From the NCBI RefSeq assembly GCF_006345805.1, contig NW_021833041.1, positions 62,001 through 126,000 of the forward strand: a DNA stretch of 64,000 nt, in the 5' to 3' direction. The notes below the pieces were generated by a model, which saw only the letters and a list, made by a program, of their open reading frames with translations, did no database searches and was not told where the DNA came from. Positions within the stretch are counted from its first letter, which is position 1; each line of letters opens with the position of its first letter. This stretch comes from Octopus sinensis (taxonomy: Eukaryota). Shown here piece by piece: positions 11,745 through 24,660 of the stretch. Position numbers and translations under genes: made by a program.

Positions 11745-12580
11745 CTAGCTTATAAAAAAGATATTCACAAGAATTAGCGCACCTATGTGGTTTTCAGAAT
11801 ATGAACTTAATTGAACCAAAATATCCTTTTTATTCTTCTCTCGCTCTGTAGACCTTCGAAAAGGTTCACTCCAGTGCCTCTCACTGACTAAATGTCGGGA
11901 AGGACTGGCTCGTCGAACATCAAACAAGATAATCTCCACAGTCATCTTAAAAACAGTTGACTGGACATAGCCCTGGAGAGTCTTATTTAAACCTAACTGC
12001 CTTAAGTAACCTTTGTAATATTTGGTGACTACTCCATCCCATTTCATCAAACATTAAATAACATGGATTTTAGACTACTGCATCACCTCTAGCTTGTTTT
12101 CGAGGAGATCAGAATTCCTAAACTTCCACTGTCTGCAAACAATCTATGCATGTGATGTTTACTTTCAGGATAATGATCTCTCCGGCGATTTTACCGCGGA
12201 TTGCAATATCAGGTTCTAGACAACAATCGATGTGTGTATAGCAATATCCATATTAATGCACACCTTTGTGTTCTCATACACCGATTAAACTCGGTGGGCT
12301 AGCAACTTTCTGGACTGTCTTGAGTCATACTTGTTGCATAGCAAAAAAGTAGCGACCTTAACACCTCGTTATGCCTCCATGTGTAATCATGGTAAAGCAT
12401 ACTCTCGCATTTCGGGGCTAAATGATCAACAGCAATCGCTTTATTTTTACAATGGTTACTTCGTGCATTGAGGCAAATATTGCACAGTATTGCCACCCTA
12501 TTACGGAACCTTCTATTACACACTGCGTCGTCTATATCGCTTTTTTTGTCATGTAAATAAACATTCCACCTGTCTATCAC
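11745..12580 (-). mobile_element. R4/Dong-like RLE non-LTR retrotransposon, 3' remnant
   Basis: VDHLAPKCESMLYHDYTWRHNEV (Zn-knuckle/RH.. region) and WDGVVTKYYKGYLRQLG...YVQSTVFKMTVEII. Confidence 0.7.
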
Positions 12581-12589
12581 AGATTAAAC

Positions 12590-12950
12590 AAATTTAATAA
12601 TCCACGAGTGTCTACTTAATAGCTTCTTTACTTGCAAGAGTAGCGATCTATAAGTATGTGATCGAACCAGGATTTTTATATGGATGCAAAAGTTGGATGT
12701 TCTTCGAAAAAAACCGCATTGTTGATATTTTCCATAAAACGAGAAGATATGCAATGAAGTTAGCTTTCATGCTTAGAGTGGAAACTCCGGTTAACGACTT
12801 AAAGACAGACTCGACTGAGACAATTGCCGCTCTGATCAAACAAAGAATAAGGATTCTCAATAGTAATAGATAATTCTGAGTTTCCGGTCAACATTGCGAA
12901 GAGGCCGTGTTAAGTTTCATAGCAACACCTTTTCCTTAACCACATAACTT
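12590..12950 (+). mobile_element. LINE (RTE-like) post-RT fragment
   Basis: IEPGFLYGCKSW resembles the I.P.LLYGCE.W motif that follows LINE RT domains. Confidence 0.45.
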
Positions 12951-13333
12951 TTTTTTGTTCTCTCGGTTTCGCGTTAAATAAAAAATTCAATTCAAATAAA
13001 CTATTAACAAACTGTCAAATATTCTAAAACAACAAGGTTCAATACTGTGACGTATGATTTTCTAATCTAAAGTGAAATTTGTATAAAATAAACGATCTTC
13101 GCCATCGATCGGTGACCAATACTTTGAAAACTTTGCATGAGTTTTCATTTGATACTTCTGGTATGTCTGAGTAAACATTCAACGGTGATATTTATGTTCA
13201 TCATTAAAACTAATCTATAGAAACAAATCTTATAATTTTAATAATTATACTTAAAGTTTATCAATAGAATTTGTTCTATTAAATATATATTATTTCAAAT
13301 AGTAAAATAAAAATTCAAAAATATTGAGGTCAT

Positions 13334-15829
13334 ATGCTTGCTGATCAGGATAAAATCGAGCGACAACGAAAGGGTGCTGTCAAACTTAAAGACGAAATTC
13401 TTGTGAATGATCACCAAATGGTTCGACATTACTTCAAGTCGCCTACATACTGTGGTCACTGTTGTCAGTTTATTTGGTTAGTACAGATTTAAATGTTAAT
13501 ATTTTTAGGGGCATTACCAAACGCCAAGGCTTTAAATGCAAAGGTATAAGCATCAAGCTTCCAAAATCTAATTTATAGTTTGTCAGTTTTCCTGTCATGT
13601 AAGATGCAGCGAATATGTGACATTCCAATGCACCGGCAGTGACGTTAATATTGCATCGAATGTAAATAATTTTTGTCACTTTAAATTTCTTAGAATAACA
13701 ATCAGCACGATTTTGTCTTAAATTCTTTCACGACTCCTCGATTTTGTGATCATTGTGGATCTATATGCTTTGGAATCAAGTATCAAGGATTAAAATGCAA
13801 TAGTTAGATCTTAGAATTATATTAAATACTTAACCTAGAAAATTTAGTATTTCGAATTATTTCAATAAGTTAGCGGATTTCACGCTTTATTAGTACCTTT
13901 TCATAAAATAATTTTCATATTGATTTTTTAATTAATTAATTACCAATTCTGATGTTTATAAATTTAAGAGTGCTTAATGGTTATTCACACAAAATGTAAA
14001 AATTTTGTTCCACATTTATGCGGGATTTCCTGTACAGAGAGACGTGGAAGAATTCTTTTAAGTATAAAGGCTACAGAAACAAACTTAGAAGCTAAAAGTA
14101 CATTACGATAAATTTTTTTTTACAGTATATGAAGCCAGGAATCTTCCAGCAATGGATCCTAATGGACTGGCTGATCCATATGTAAAAATAAAAATAGAGA
14201 ATTCTGACAGAAAATCAAAGACTAAAACAATTAAAAACACCAGAGATCCATTCTGGAATGGAGAAATTTTATCTTTGTAAAAAAGTTAAATTTTTAATTT
14301 TAGGAAACTTACTCCAAAAGATCACGATAAACGAATTATTGTTGAAGTTTGGGATTATGACATGACTTCTGAAAATGATTTTATCGGATCACTTTCCTTT
14401 TCCATAAAGGATTTATTGTCGTCTCCAAATGGATCACAGACTGGAAAGAATTGGTACAAATTGCTGAAAACGGACGAAGGACGTCTTATGCATATTTTGA
14501 TAGATGAAACAGTATCTTCAACTGAACAAGTCGCTGATGAAGAAATTCTTATTAACAAAATTACAACGAAAGATTCTTTCTCACTTACTAAGTTCAAAAT
14601 TTTTACTGTCATTGGGCGTGGAAGTTTTGGGAAGGTTAATTGTATATGGTAATAATATGTTAGGTTGTTTTGGGTGAGCTCATATCGAGCAAAGAAGTTT
14701 TTGCTATCAAAATGCTTAGAAAAGACGTACTTATTTTGGACGACGACGTTGAGTGCTGTATGGTCGAACGAGAAGTTATGTCCCTTCAGAATCCGCCACA
14801 TTTTGTCGTCAAATTATTTTGCAGTTTTCAATCATTCGTATAAATTTAAAAATTGATTCATAAAATTTTAGGATAGACTATTTTTTGTGTTGGAGTATTC
14901 TCCTGGAGGAGATCTGATGCATAGACTGCAATGCATTTACAGATTTCCAGAAAAGGATGTACGGTAAATTATATAAAATCCATTTTTTAGTTTCTACTTG
15001 GCTGAAGTTGTAGAAGCACTGAGTTATTTACATTCGCATAATGTTATAAATCGGTAAATATCTGATATAATTTACATAAACGTAGAGATGTTAAATTAGA
15101 GAATTTGCTTTTAGATAGGAATGGACACGTTAAAATGGCAGATTTTGGCATGGCCAGAATGAACATTGCCGATGATAATTTAGCGAAAACATTTTGCGGC
15201 ACTCCCGAATACATCGCTCCCGAGGTTTTGATAAGCATCATTTATTTCTATAATAGATTGTTAGACGAGAAAAATACGGTAAATCTGTTGATTGGTGGTC
15301 TTTTGGGATAATGGGCTACCAAATGATAAAAGGAACTGTAATAACATTTATAATTTTTGAATAGCCTCCATTTATGGCAGATGAAGATTCGGAATTGTTT
15401 TTTATGATTGTAAACCGTGAAATTAAATACTCCAAATTATTCTCCCAGGAACTAGCATCGTTTCTTAAAAAGGCAACATGGAACAATAAAATATATTTTT
15501 AGTTATTGGTAAAATCTCCAGACAAACGTATTGGATCGGGACCGAGAGGAAGTGATATGATTAGAGAAGATCCTTTTTTTAGTCAAATAAACTGGCAAGA
15601 TTTAAGAGATTTAAAAATTCCAACTCCATTTGTCCCAAAAATTGTTTTAAAATGATATATTTTATAACATCTATAGAAAAGCAAGTTTGATTTTAATAAT
15701 TTTGATACTGATTTTACTCGAGAATCAACTCAGCAGAGCAAAGTCGATAAAGTAATTTTAATGAATTTCGACCACAATGAATTCGGGAAATTTTCATTTA
15801 TTAACAGAGAATATCCAATTGATATTTAA
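13334..15829 (+). CDS. Conventional (Ca2+/DAG-dependent) protein kinase C, multi-exon
   Basis: Pseudosubstrate RKGAVK, two C1 domains (H...CGHC; H...CDHC), C2 with [10 protein letters not shown] and [13 protein letters not shown], kinase GRGSFGK / RDVKLEN / DFG / [12 protein letters not shown], hydrophobic motif FGKFSF, stop at 15827-15829. Introns are mostly ~30 nt, including a GC-AG intron at 15473-15502. Confidence 0.95.
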
Positions 15830-16061
15830 TACAGAATTTTATTTATTCTTTTACTAATTTTTATTAATAAAATATTTTCCAACAAATTCTATCAAGACAA
15901 TAGATATCAAAAATAAATTTTTAATGTATCCAATTGAAAACTTTCTTTCAAATACAAATTCGTTTATTCGTGATGGGAATACATTTAATAAAAAAAGTAC
16001 AGGTTAAAAGAGGAGTCCCCCAAGTCTGGTTTACATCGCTCTGTTATTCAACTGCATAATA

Positions 16062-17886
16062 TGTCGCGTCCCACACGAGCTACCCATCCCAGGTGGTTAC
16101 ATGTCACCTGTCAATAAATAATAATGCCTGTCATGGTGACTGTCAAATTTAATAATTAATTTAATTGCATTGATTTTTAATCAATAATCGTTTCAACAAT
16201 AAAAATTTATTAAAATAAAGCGTCTACGTTTTTTTAACTTGATTCATATTAACTATTTTAGACTTCCCTGAACTTGTTTTAATCTGTTAAATAAAATAAT
16301 AATAAAATAGACCTCTAGTCGATTGTTTGACAAAATTTGAACAACTTCAGCAGGTTCTCCATATGGGGATTCAAATCGGTTTAGCCTTAGGGAAGGATTT
16401 GTCCCAAAATCCTTTAGAACTCTAACCTAACAATTATTCACTAAAAATACTCCGCTCCCAATTGAAAAATCGTATTTCGATTGATGAACATTCATTTTTT
16501 ATTCATGCGTTTAAAATATGGTGAATTTAAATTAGGTGGAGAGAAAAATTCAATATAAAATCACTAGCATCCAAGTTGTCTAGCATATGTTATTCAAAAT
16601 TTACCTGAAACATCTAAAATATTTTCTACATCCATATCTTCTGATGATACATGATAAAAATCATCCAAACACTCACTTTCTTTGAAATTAAAAAATTAAA
16701 AAAACTTTTATCATCATGAATGACGGTGTTTATACCAGAAACTCCTCTTAGTTTTTTAAATGGTGTTTCATTTATAGAAGAATGAATAGTCGTGTTATAT
16801 GTAAAAGTGCTTCGTTTAATAAATTGGATCCAGTTTTTAGTTGATTCTTCACTCATCAGCTTTGAAAGATTTCGTGTTAAAGTTTGATTAAATCTTTCCA
16901 CGATACCCTGAAACAGATAAATATTGTGTCATTACTTGTGATTGAGGATGATTTGGTCTTCCGTAAATATGTTGGATTTTGTTTTTCGTGCAAAAAGAAT
17001 CGAGATATTTATTCCTAAACTCAGTTCCATTATCTGTTTGTAGAATCTCGCAAAAGCCGATTTCTGAACAAATTTCTTCGAAAGCCTCACAAATATCTAA
17101 ATTCCAATATAAAACATAAATATACTTATTGCAGATTTATTTTTAACTCCTTTACAAATGGCATACTTACTGTAAACATCAATGAAAGTAAATATCCATT
17201 TGTAGCCATCGTTCGAATCGTTAAATTTTTTAACGTCTATAAGGTCTGCTTGGAATCGTTCATTTGGTCTTTTGGCAATCACATGGTACTTAGAATCTGA
17301 AACCTGCTATATAAGTTTTTTATTTTATACTTTAAGTGGAATGGAAAACTTGCATATTGAGCACTCTTTGACGACTCGTTCGATAATTTTACGCTTTATT
17401 GTAAAATAGGAGTGTAAACATTCCTGTTGCAGTTTACGAATTCCAGAATGGCTATTCCGGTGAATAGAATCTGCAATAGTTTGCATCTCACTCTCATTAT
17501 CCATGCAAATTTGTGCTTTTGAAATCTTTCGTCTTTGAGGTATAAGCAGTCATCAATGACAATAAATTTAGTGGATTTTTTAGTTAATTTATATTTTATT
17601 TGTCTTGAAGATGTCTGTACAGGTTGGCCATTTAAAATATTGACTATAGTATGATATTCTGAGATATTTTTTACAAAACCTATTATTACATATACAGGGG
17701 AATACATTTTAAAGAGGACATGTTGAAAATTGAATAATAACGCTAAAAAATTAAATATGCCCACACGAGTAACGAATGATTAAACCACATTAATTATGAC
17801 ATCTGACAGCCAATGACTCGTAAAAAATTTGATTGACAGGTGACATGTAGCCAGCATGGGATGCGTAACCACCATGGGACGCGACA
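16062..17886 (-). mobile_element. Ginger2/TDD-like DNA transposon with both ends present (1825 bp)
   Basis: TGT...ACA termini. Imperfect ~55-bp TIRs (TGTCGCGTCCCA...TACATGTCACCTGTCAAT). 5-bp TSD TAATA at 16057-16061 and 17887-17891. Gypsy-type integrase ERFQADLID, FIDVYSKY, LQTDNGTEF, HPQSQG.VERFNQTL. Confidence 0.87.
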
Positions 17887-17930
17887 TAATAAGTCAAGGT
17901 GCGCATTAACACTTAAATGATAATCTATGC

Positions 17931-18729
17931 CAGTGGTTCTTAACTTTTTTTAAGTCAGCGCCCCCTTTTGACACAATTTTGATGCTTCAAAATTTCAGCG
18001 CTCCCTTATTATCTAATTTATTTTTTTCAATTATAAATTTATTTGGCAATTTTTTTAAGTCCCAAATTTCTTCTATTCACAATTTGTAATTTATTTCTTT
18101 TTTGGTCAAAAAGTTGGAGACTGCATTAAATCCTCTTTCAACTAAATATGTTGAAGGAAATCGTATTATAAGCGTTTCAACTTCATTCCACAATTGAGGA
18201 TTTTTTTTATATGTAATCCAGAAGTGTTGATATCCATGTTTGTTAAAAATGACATCAGCTTCAAAATCATATTTCAGATTAAATAAATTTTCTGTTATTT
18301 CTTAAGATAAATTTAAGTTTTCAGTTTCAAATGGATTTATATACGAATCAAAAAATTTTTAATTTGCCAAATCTTCAAAGCGAATTTTCATTTCGTCGTA
18401 CTTAACGAAATTGGAGAGGTGATCGTATTTAAGGATTTTGAGATCTTCAGCGCGATTGGAAGCAAAGCCTGGGTCGACGGCCGACATGGCTGGGTTCCCG
18501 CTGGAAAATGTGTCACAGCAGGTAGAATCCCATATAAGGGATTTTCCCGTATAAGGCATTTTCCTTTTGAAAGCCATCTAGCACGGCTATGTAAAGAAGT
18601 TGTTCATAATGCTCATCGTTTTGTTCACAAATAAGTCGAAATATTCTCGAATTCAACGGGTGCATTATTAAAAAAATAAAATTCCAGCATCCCCCTAATA
18701 TGTTCCAGCGCCCTCATTAAGAATCACTG
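17931..18729 (-). mobile_element. Internally deleted hAT/Buster (SPIN/Charlie-like) element
   Basis: TIR CAGTGGTTCTTAA / CAGTGATTCTTAA. Degenerate TSD atctatgc / atctaaac (nnnTAnnn). Transposase remnants RWLSKGKCLIR, RFEDL, FPSTYLVERGF. Confidence 0.8.
18404..18547 (-). mobile_element. Internal CRE retrotransposon fragment embedded in the hAT element
   Basis: GKSLIWDSTCCDTFSSGNPAMSAVDPGFASNRAEDLKILKYDHLSNFV, very similar to the CRE copy at 33180-33325. Confidence 0.8.
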
Positions 18730-19537
18730 ATCTAAACGGACGACATTTTGATTTTAAAGTCCAGCATCAAAAAGTCAATGTCATGGAAAAGAGTAGTTCA
18801 TATTTTGAAAATTGAATGGTGGTGTTGAAATAACGCCCTGACTCTATCAAGCGAAAATGCTATGTAAGTTAAATAGCAAAAAACAAGAAGAAGCTGAGTA
18901 AATATGTGGATACATGTGAAATCATGTTTTCGGAGACTTTGAAATATCATGACATGTCTATTAATCAGATAGCTCATTCAAAGATCACATCTAAACGTGA
19001 AGAAAGAAAACTCATCAATGTTAAAATCAATAGGCAATCAAACTACATATGGATTAGATCTGGCATGGTATAATAAATCAAATTAATGTTATTTAATGTT
19101 CTAACATTTTCGAATCAGTTTTATGGCGGATAGCTAAACAGTTTCATCTCAAGATCGCTACGGATATCCTTGGGAACAGCCATAAAATCGCTTTCCAAAT
19201 TGCGTTTCGAAATCATTTCCCGATGTTCCTCAAAAGTGTCTTTACCTTCTCACAAATGATACCTCTCTTCTCGAACACTAGTGTGACGAATTCCAGACTG
19301 TTCAAAAAACAGGCAGACCCGTCCCCGACGAGAGCAGGAGGTATTTTGAAAAGGTGCCGGAGTAAATAAACGAGAGAATTGCCTCCACAGATCGGAAATG
19401 TAATCATCGCATCTGAGCGTCAATTCGATCGTTAATTAGACTAAGCGTTCACTATATTTCTTGAATATGTCTAGTTGTATATCTAAGAAGAACCCGATTT
19501 ACTTTATCATAAAATCCAAAATAACAAATTTGTTATT

Positions 19538-21007
19538 TTAATTTTCACAAATCATGTCAATATTGCAATTGAATGATTTGGAAATAATACAATTACGATA
19601 TTTGAGGAATTCTTCCCATTGACAAATTGTGTGCGTGCAGAAAGGAACTTGAACAACCAATTCATTTTGTAAAATCGCGACACCAAAGACAGATTTATCA
19701 ATCCCATTAACAATCGCATTGTTTTCTAAACTTTAGAAAAAATGGATAATTTAGTTATATAAAAATGTAAAACTTTTTTTCAATAAGATAAATACGATAT
19801 TTCCACTAAACGGTATGGCAATCCTTGACAAAAAATGATTATTTGAAATTATTTCAAAAATATCTGAATTTTCATAAAAAACAGAAAGGTCATCATATAG
19901 TCCAAGAAGAGATCCCAATGGAAGAAGACCCTCAGCATGTCCAAAAATAAAATTAGCTTTATTATGATTATCACTACCACAATTATAAAATAAGAACATA
20001 AAACTTATAACTAGAGTTGTCCCCTTTTCCTTGTGAATCGATTATTACTTTGAAGAATTTAAACATTTTATTGAATAAACCACACGCAGATATATAATTA
20101 ACTTCTGATCCTTTTCCATTTATCCAATATTTCTAAAAATTAAAATTATTATTTATTCTAGCTTTAATGTCATGAATAGCCTCTAATATTTTAATTTCAT
20201 CTGGAATTTTAAAAAGATTGCAAAAATCGGAATTTTTGAAATTGGTTCTTTCTAAAAAGCAATGATCGTATAAAAGTATTGTTTTTCCTTTATAATTATA
20301 AATTAAAAAACTTCACTTAAAGAGACAGAACAATTCAATAGTTTTTTCAATCTTCTGAGAATAGGCATAACCAAATTATTTTTTGATAAGTCGTCAAAGA
20401 TTTTCTTATATTCTTTAGACTTTTTCTGCGTATGGTGTTTCTTGCACTTGTCGTAAAATCTAACAAGATCATCATCGTGTATAATTTTTTTATTTATTTT
20501 AGAATTCAGTCCAGAAAGAAAAGCTTTGTAACTCTCAATTACGCGGATTTTTCGAGTACCTATAACAAGTATCGATTCGTCATTGTACTCCAAATTATTA
20601 AAGAAATGAATAAAATTAGATGAAAACCATTTTCCACGAATAAATTCAGTTTCATGACCAAACAATGTTAGATTTCCATCAAATGAGTTATTCCATTTAC
20701 TCTTACAATAATTTCCCGAAGATGAAAGATTAATTTTATTTTCCATGCAAAATGCATTTATTTCATCAATTTTGAATTTAGTGTGGGTTCTAGAACCGTG
20801 ACGAGAAAATGAGGTTAATGAAATTACATCAAAGTGGGAAAATAAATCATTTCGATAGTAACGAACCCTTGGATTTTTAAAGCTTTTCTGTGTGTACATA
20901 AATTCTTTTGATTTGTTATATTCAGTTCTAGAACCGAAGTAAGTGTTCAAGACAGTGCAGATAATTTGCAGCAATAAAATTCTGAATATAAGACTGGAAC
21001 AAGGCAT
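19538..21007 (-). CDS. MINPP1: MINPP1-like histidine acid phosphatase (multiple inositol polyphosphate phosphatase/phytase family)
   Basis: Hydrophobic N-terminal signal-like segment, RHGSR catalytic motif, DDLVRFYDKC, HDIK|KYWING (GC-AG intron 20162-20133), GHAEGLLPL, stop after DMICEN. Confidence 0.83.
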
Positions 21008-21140
21008 GCTATCCAATGTTTTAAATATTTATAAAAATATCTAATTAATTATATTATTTTTATATTAAAAATATTTTAAAAAAATAAATATGATTTTCTA
21101 ATTTATTTATTTTCTTCTCTATAAGAAGCGATAGCATGTA

Positions 21141-22582
21141 CAGTGCTCGTCAAAAAAAATTGCTCAGTTATTTTTTCATGCTTTTATTGACAAATTAATA
21201 AAAAATTTAATCTTACGCTTCATTTTTTATTCTAATTCTTAAGTATATTAATTTATTTATGCGATTTTATTTCAATATAAGGAATTTAAAGCATAAAAAT
21301 TTAAATCTCGTGACAAAAAACATTGCTCACTTTTCTTGTTATTGCATATTCCACGTTCTCCCAAGAAACAGTTAACTGAATTTAAAAAAGGCATGATTAT
21401 TGCGTACTTTAAAGAGGGTAAATCAATCAGAGAAATCTCAAAAATACTTAATTTGCCGTATTCCACAATTATATTTAATATTCGAAAATTTCGAGAATTT
21501 GGAACACTGCATCGGAGACCGGGCTCAGGACGTCTTCCGAAACTAAGTTCCCCCCAAATACAATTTTTATGTAATGAAACCGAATCACATCCTACATTGT
21601 TGGCAGTGGATTTGTCCAACAAAACTAAAGAAACTTTCAATATTGATGTTTCCCCTAGGACAATTCTGAGAACTTTGAATAAAAATGGGGTATATTGTCA
21701 TGTAGCAAAAAGAAAGCCATTGCTTTCTAAAAAATATTATTTCGAGATGGTCTGCGTCACTACGATTTTTATCGATATCTGATAGTACATGGAAATCGGT
21801 GATATTCTCAGATGAGTCAATGTTCGATGTTTTTAACAACAGAAAACATCAGCTTGTTTACAGAAAAAATAAAACGGAGTTAAAAAATGCACATTTGCTT
21901 CCGACTGTTAAGTTCGGAGTAGGGAGAGTTATGATTTGGGGCTGTATATAGTATAGTGGTGTAGGCAATTTGGTTTTTATCGAAGAAACTATGAACTCTA
22001 GATATTATATAAATTTACTGTCTAATAATCTGGACCAATCAGCTGAAAAAATGGGCTTATCCTCGTTTATTTTTCAACAGGATAATACTCCATGCCATAC
22101 ATCTCGTATGGTTAAGGCATATTTCGAAACCAAAAAATATATTATTCTTGATTGGCCATCGCAATCACCGGATCTTAACCCAATAGAGCATGTATGGTAC
22201 TTTATGAAAAGAGAATTAGCTAAAAATTCCCCGAAAAGTAAAGAGGATCTAAAGACAAATATTATGAAAATTTGGCAGTCAATTCCTAAAAGTTTTTTAC
22301 AAAACTTAGTAAATTCAATGAGAAAAAGGAGTTATTCTTTATATTTAGCAAGGGGAGGACATATTAATTACTGATAATGAGATTTCCAAATTTGTGCTAA
22401 TGTTTTTTGTCTTGCAATTTTTTGTTTTTGTTTAAGTTTGTAAATAAAAAAGAAAAATTTTATTATAAAAATTAAGGTATAATAATAAAATACTACTTAA
22501 AGATGTTTACAAAAAAAATAAATCAGAATAATGCTATATAAAGACATAAACATTGGTGAGCAATTTTTTTTGACGACCACTG
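21141..22582 (+). mobile_element. Tc1 DD34E transposon of IR/DR type, frameshifted transposase
   Basis: TIR CAGTG(C/G)TCGTCAAAAAAAATTGCTCA. TA TSDs at 21139-21140 and 22583-22584. Inner repeats near 21310 and 22392. N-terminal HTH, VKFGVGRVMIWG, QDN...SPDLNPIE with 34 residues between D and E (counted). Confidence 0.94.
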
Positions 22583-22739
22583 TATGCTCATATTATAAAA
22601 ATTGCAGAAGTGTTAATTTTAACGTACTGATTATCTGGAGCGAAGAGAAAGTGTCAAGGTGCAAAAGAGCAACCCTCATTAATCAGTGTATAAATAGCAA
22701 GTATAAAAACAGCTACTTGGGTTAACTTTAAGAAAGAAT

Positions 22740-23350
22740 ATGATTCAATTGATTATCATTTCCTGTGTCATGCGTTCAGGCCTTCCAACTTGGATAACCA
22801 ACTATGTACAGAATTTAACTGGCAGACTGAGAGTTGTATTGAATTTTAACATGGAAAGGATTTGAAAGATTAATTTTCTCCACTTCTTTTTGTTTAGTTA
22901 TGGATCCTGTGAGTAAAATCCAGAACAAATTTCAAAATATCTTGGAATTTAGAAAACATATGGAGTAATGTAGTGAGGCATAAAGTTTTGAAGAGTATTG
23001 CGGAAAATGTAAGGAAAAGGATTGTATGTTTGGTGAATAAAAACTCAATTTTGTTAATATTTTCAATGTCGTAAACGAATATGCATATCTCTTTACAATT
23101 AATTAAAGTGGAAAAATATTGGATTGGTTAATATTAAACCATAGGAGTTTAAAATATTGATTTGGAAATTATGAGTATACAATTCATTTGAAACTGGCTA
23201 GCAAGAAGAGATTGTATATTAGTCGAACTATGTCTGAAAGGGGTTTTACTTCAATTGCCATGAAAAGCGAAACTATGGTGTTTTAATTTATCAATTATTC
23301 GAATGAAACAAGACTAACTCTGCAAACTTGTTTCATGTCATAGGCGAATA
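22740..23350 (+). mobile_element. Degraded R4-like retrotransposon RT/thumb remnant
   Basis: KYLGI and ASKKRLYISRTMSERG (cf. A..ERLY..R..GGRG) fragments with many stops. Confidence 0.45.
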
Positions 23351-24199
23351 CGCACTATCATTATAAAATTACAGTGAATATTCTGTTATTTACCAATGTT
23401 GGGGATTTTAAAAAATTTGCAAATAATAGAATTTGTCAATAATAGAATAAAACATTTGTTCAAGATTTTCATAAAGTAATTAAAAATATTTTTAGCTGGT
23501 TTTTTGAATCCGAATCTAAATTTTTCTAACTCTTTGGCAAATATGAAATCATTGACATTTCTTTAGTTTTCGGGTAGGATTTTAAAGAAATAATTGCATC
23601 GAGCACATCCACCGTATCATTAGAATGAGTTTTCATTAACAAAAAAAAATTCAATTTAAAGCTTAAACAACTATTTCATGTTGCAGTTTCAGAAGAACGT
23701 GAGTCTTCATTAACCGTGAAACAACTTCATTGATTTTTTATTGTTAACTTGTAGCCAAAATATTTTGTCAAAATGGATTTTTCGCTGTTAAAAAACATAT
23801 AATTGGACAAATTATATTAAATTTAGGACCTGTAAGTTTTTGAAATTTTTGAAGATATAATGTACAATTTTTCCAAATTGAAGTTTTTTTAGTGAGATTT
23901 AAAAAAAATTGAAAGTGGCCCAAAGCTGAGGGTGCCCTAAGACCTATTGTGGCCCAAATAGAGGTTGGAGCAAATTACTTAGATTAAGAATTTGATTCGA
24001 GGATGATCTAACAGGCTTAAATAAGTACCAGATCAAAGATTAATTTATTTAAGGTTTATAATGCAAGATGAATCCTTTGTTTGGCTATTGAAAATCATAT
24101 GGTTTGTATCAGTTTTTTACAAGTGTTAGCTTTTTTAGGATTTTAAAAATTACGAATGCTTATGTCATAAAACAAAAGATTTTAAGCCTGATTTGTTAA

Positions 24200-24660
24200 A
24201 ATGGACAAATAAAAAATATCTGACGAGTTTAATATCTCGCAATCAACTATCGCGGCTGCACGGAGAGACGAAGGAGGGTACCCAGCAAAAGGCCGAAATG
24301 CTTGACACATGGGGGAGTATGTGGAAAGCATCCTTTCGCAAGGGTGTGTTGTTTCCGTTTTGTGTATCTATGCTCTCTTGATGACCGAGTCTTGTGGTGT
24401 TTCTAACATCTGCAAGAAGTTCGATAAGGCAGTAACCCGTATCTCTGACTGGAAAACAACTGGGATCGATAATGTGTATAATTTCTTGATAAAAAGTTGC
24501 AAACCAATCCATGATTGCATGTGTCGAGCAATCAAACAGTCTACACTTGACCTTGGCTCAATTCCAGAGTGGTTATTTACTGGGGTCACTTATTTAATTT
24601 TCAAAGTAGATAACCCTTCCACTCGACAGATTATCGCCTGATAACTTGTATGTTCAGGAC
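24200..24660 (+). mobile_element. R4-like retrotransposon RT N-terminal remnant
   Basis: GIDNVYNFLIK, IPEWLFTGVTYLIFK...(D)YR(P)IT pattern of RLE retrotransposons. Confidence 0.6.

Noticed and set aside
15700-15770. Apparent loss of the PKC turn motif (LTP)
   Set aside because: A Ser aligns at the phospho-acceptor position (TQQSK) and the hydrophobic motif is intact; this is ordinary divergence.
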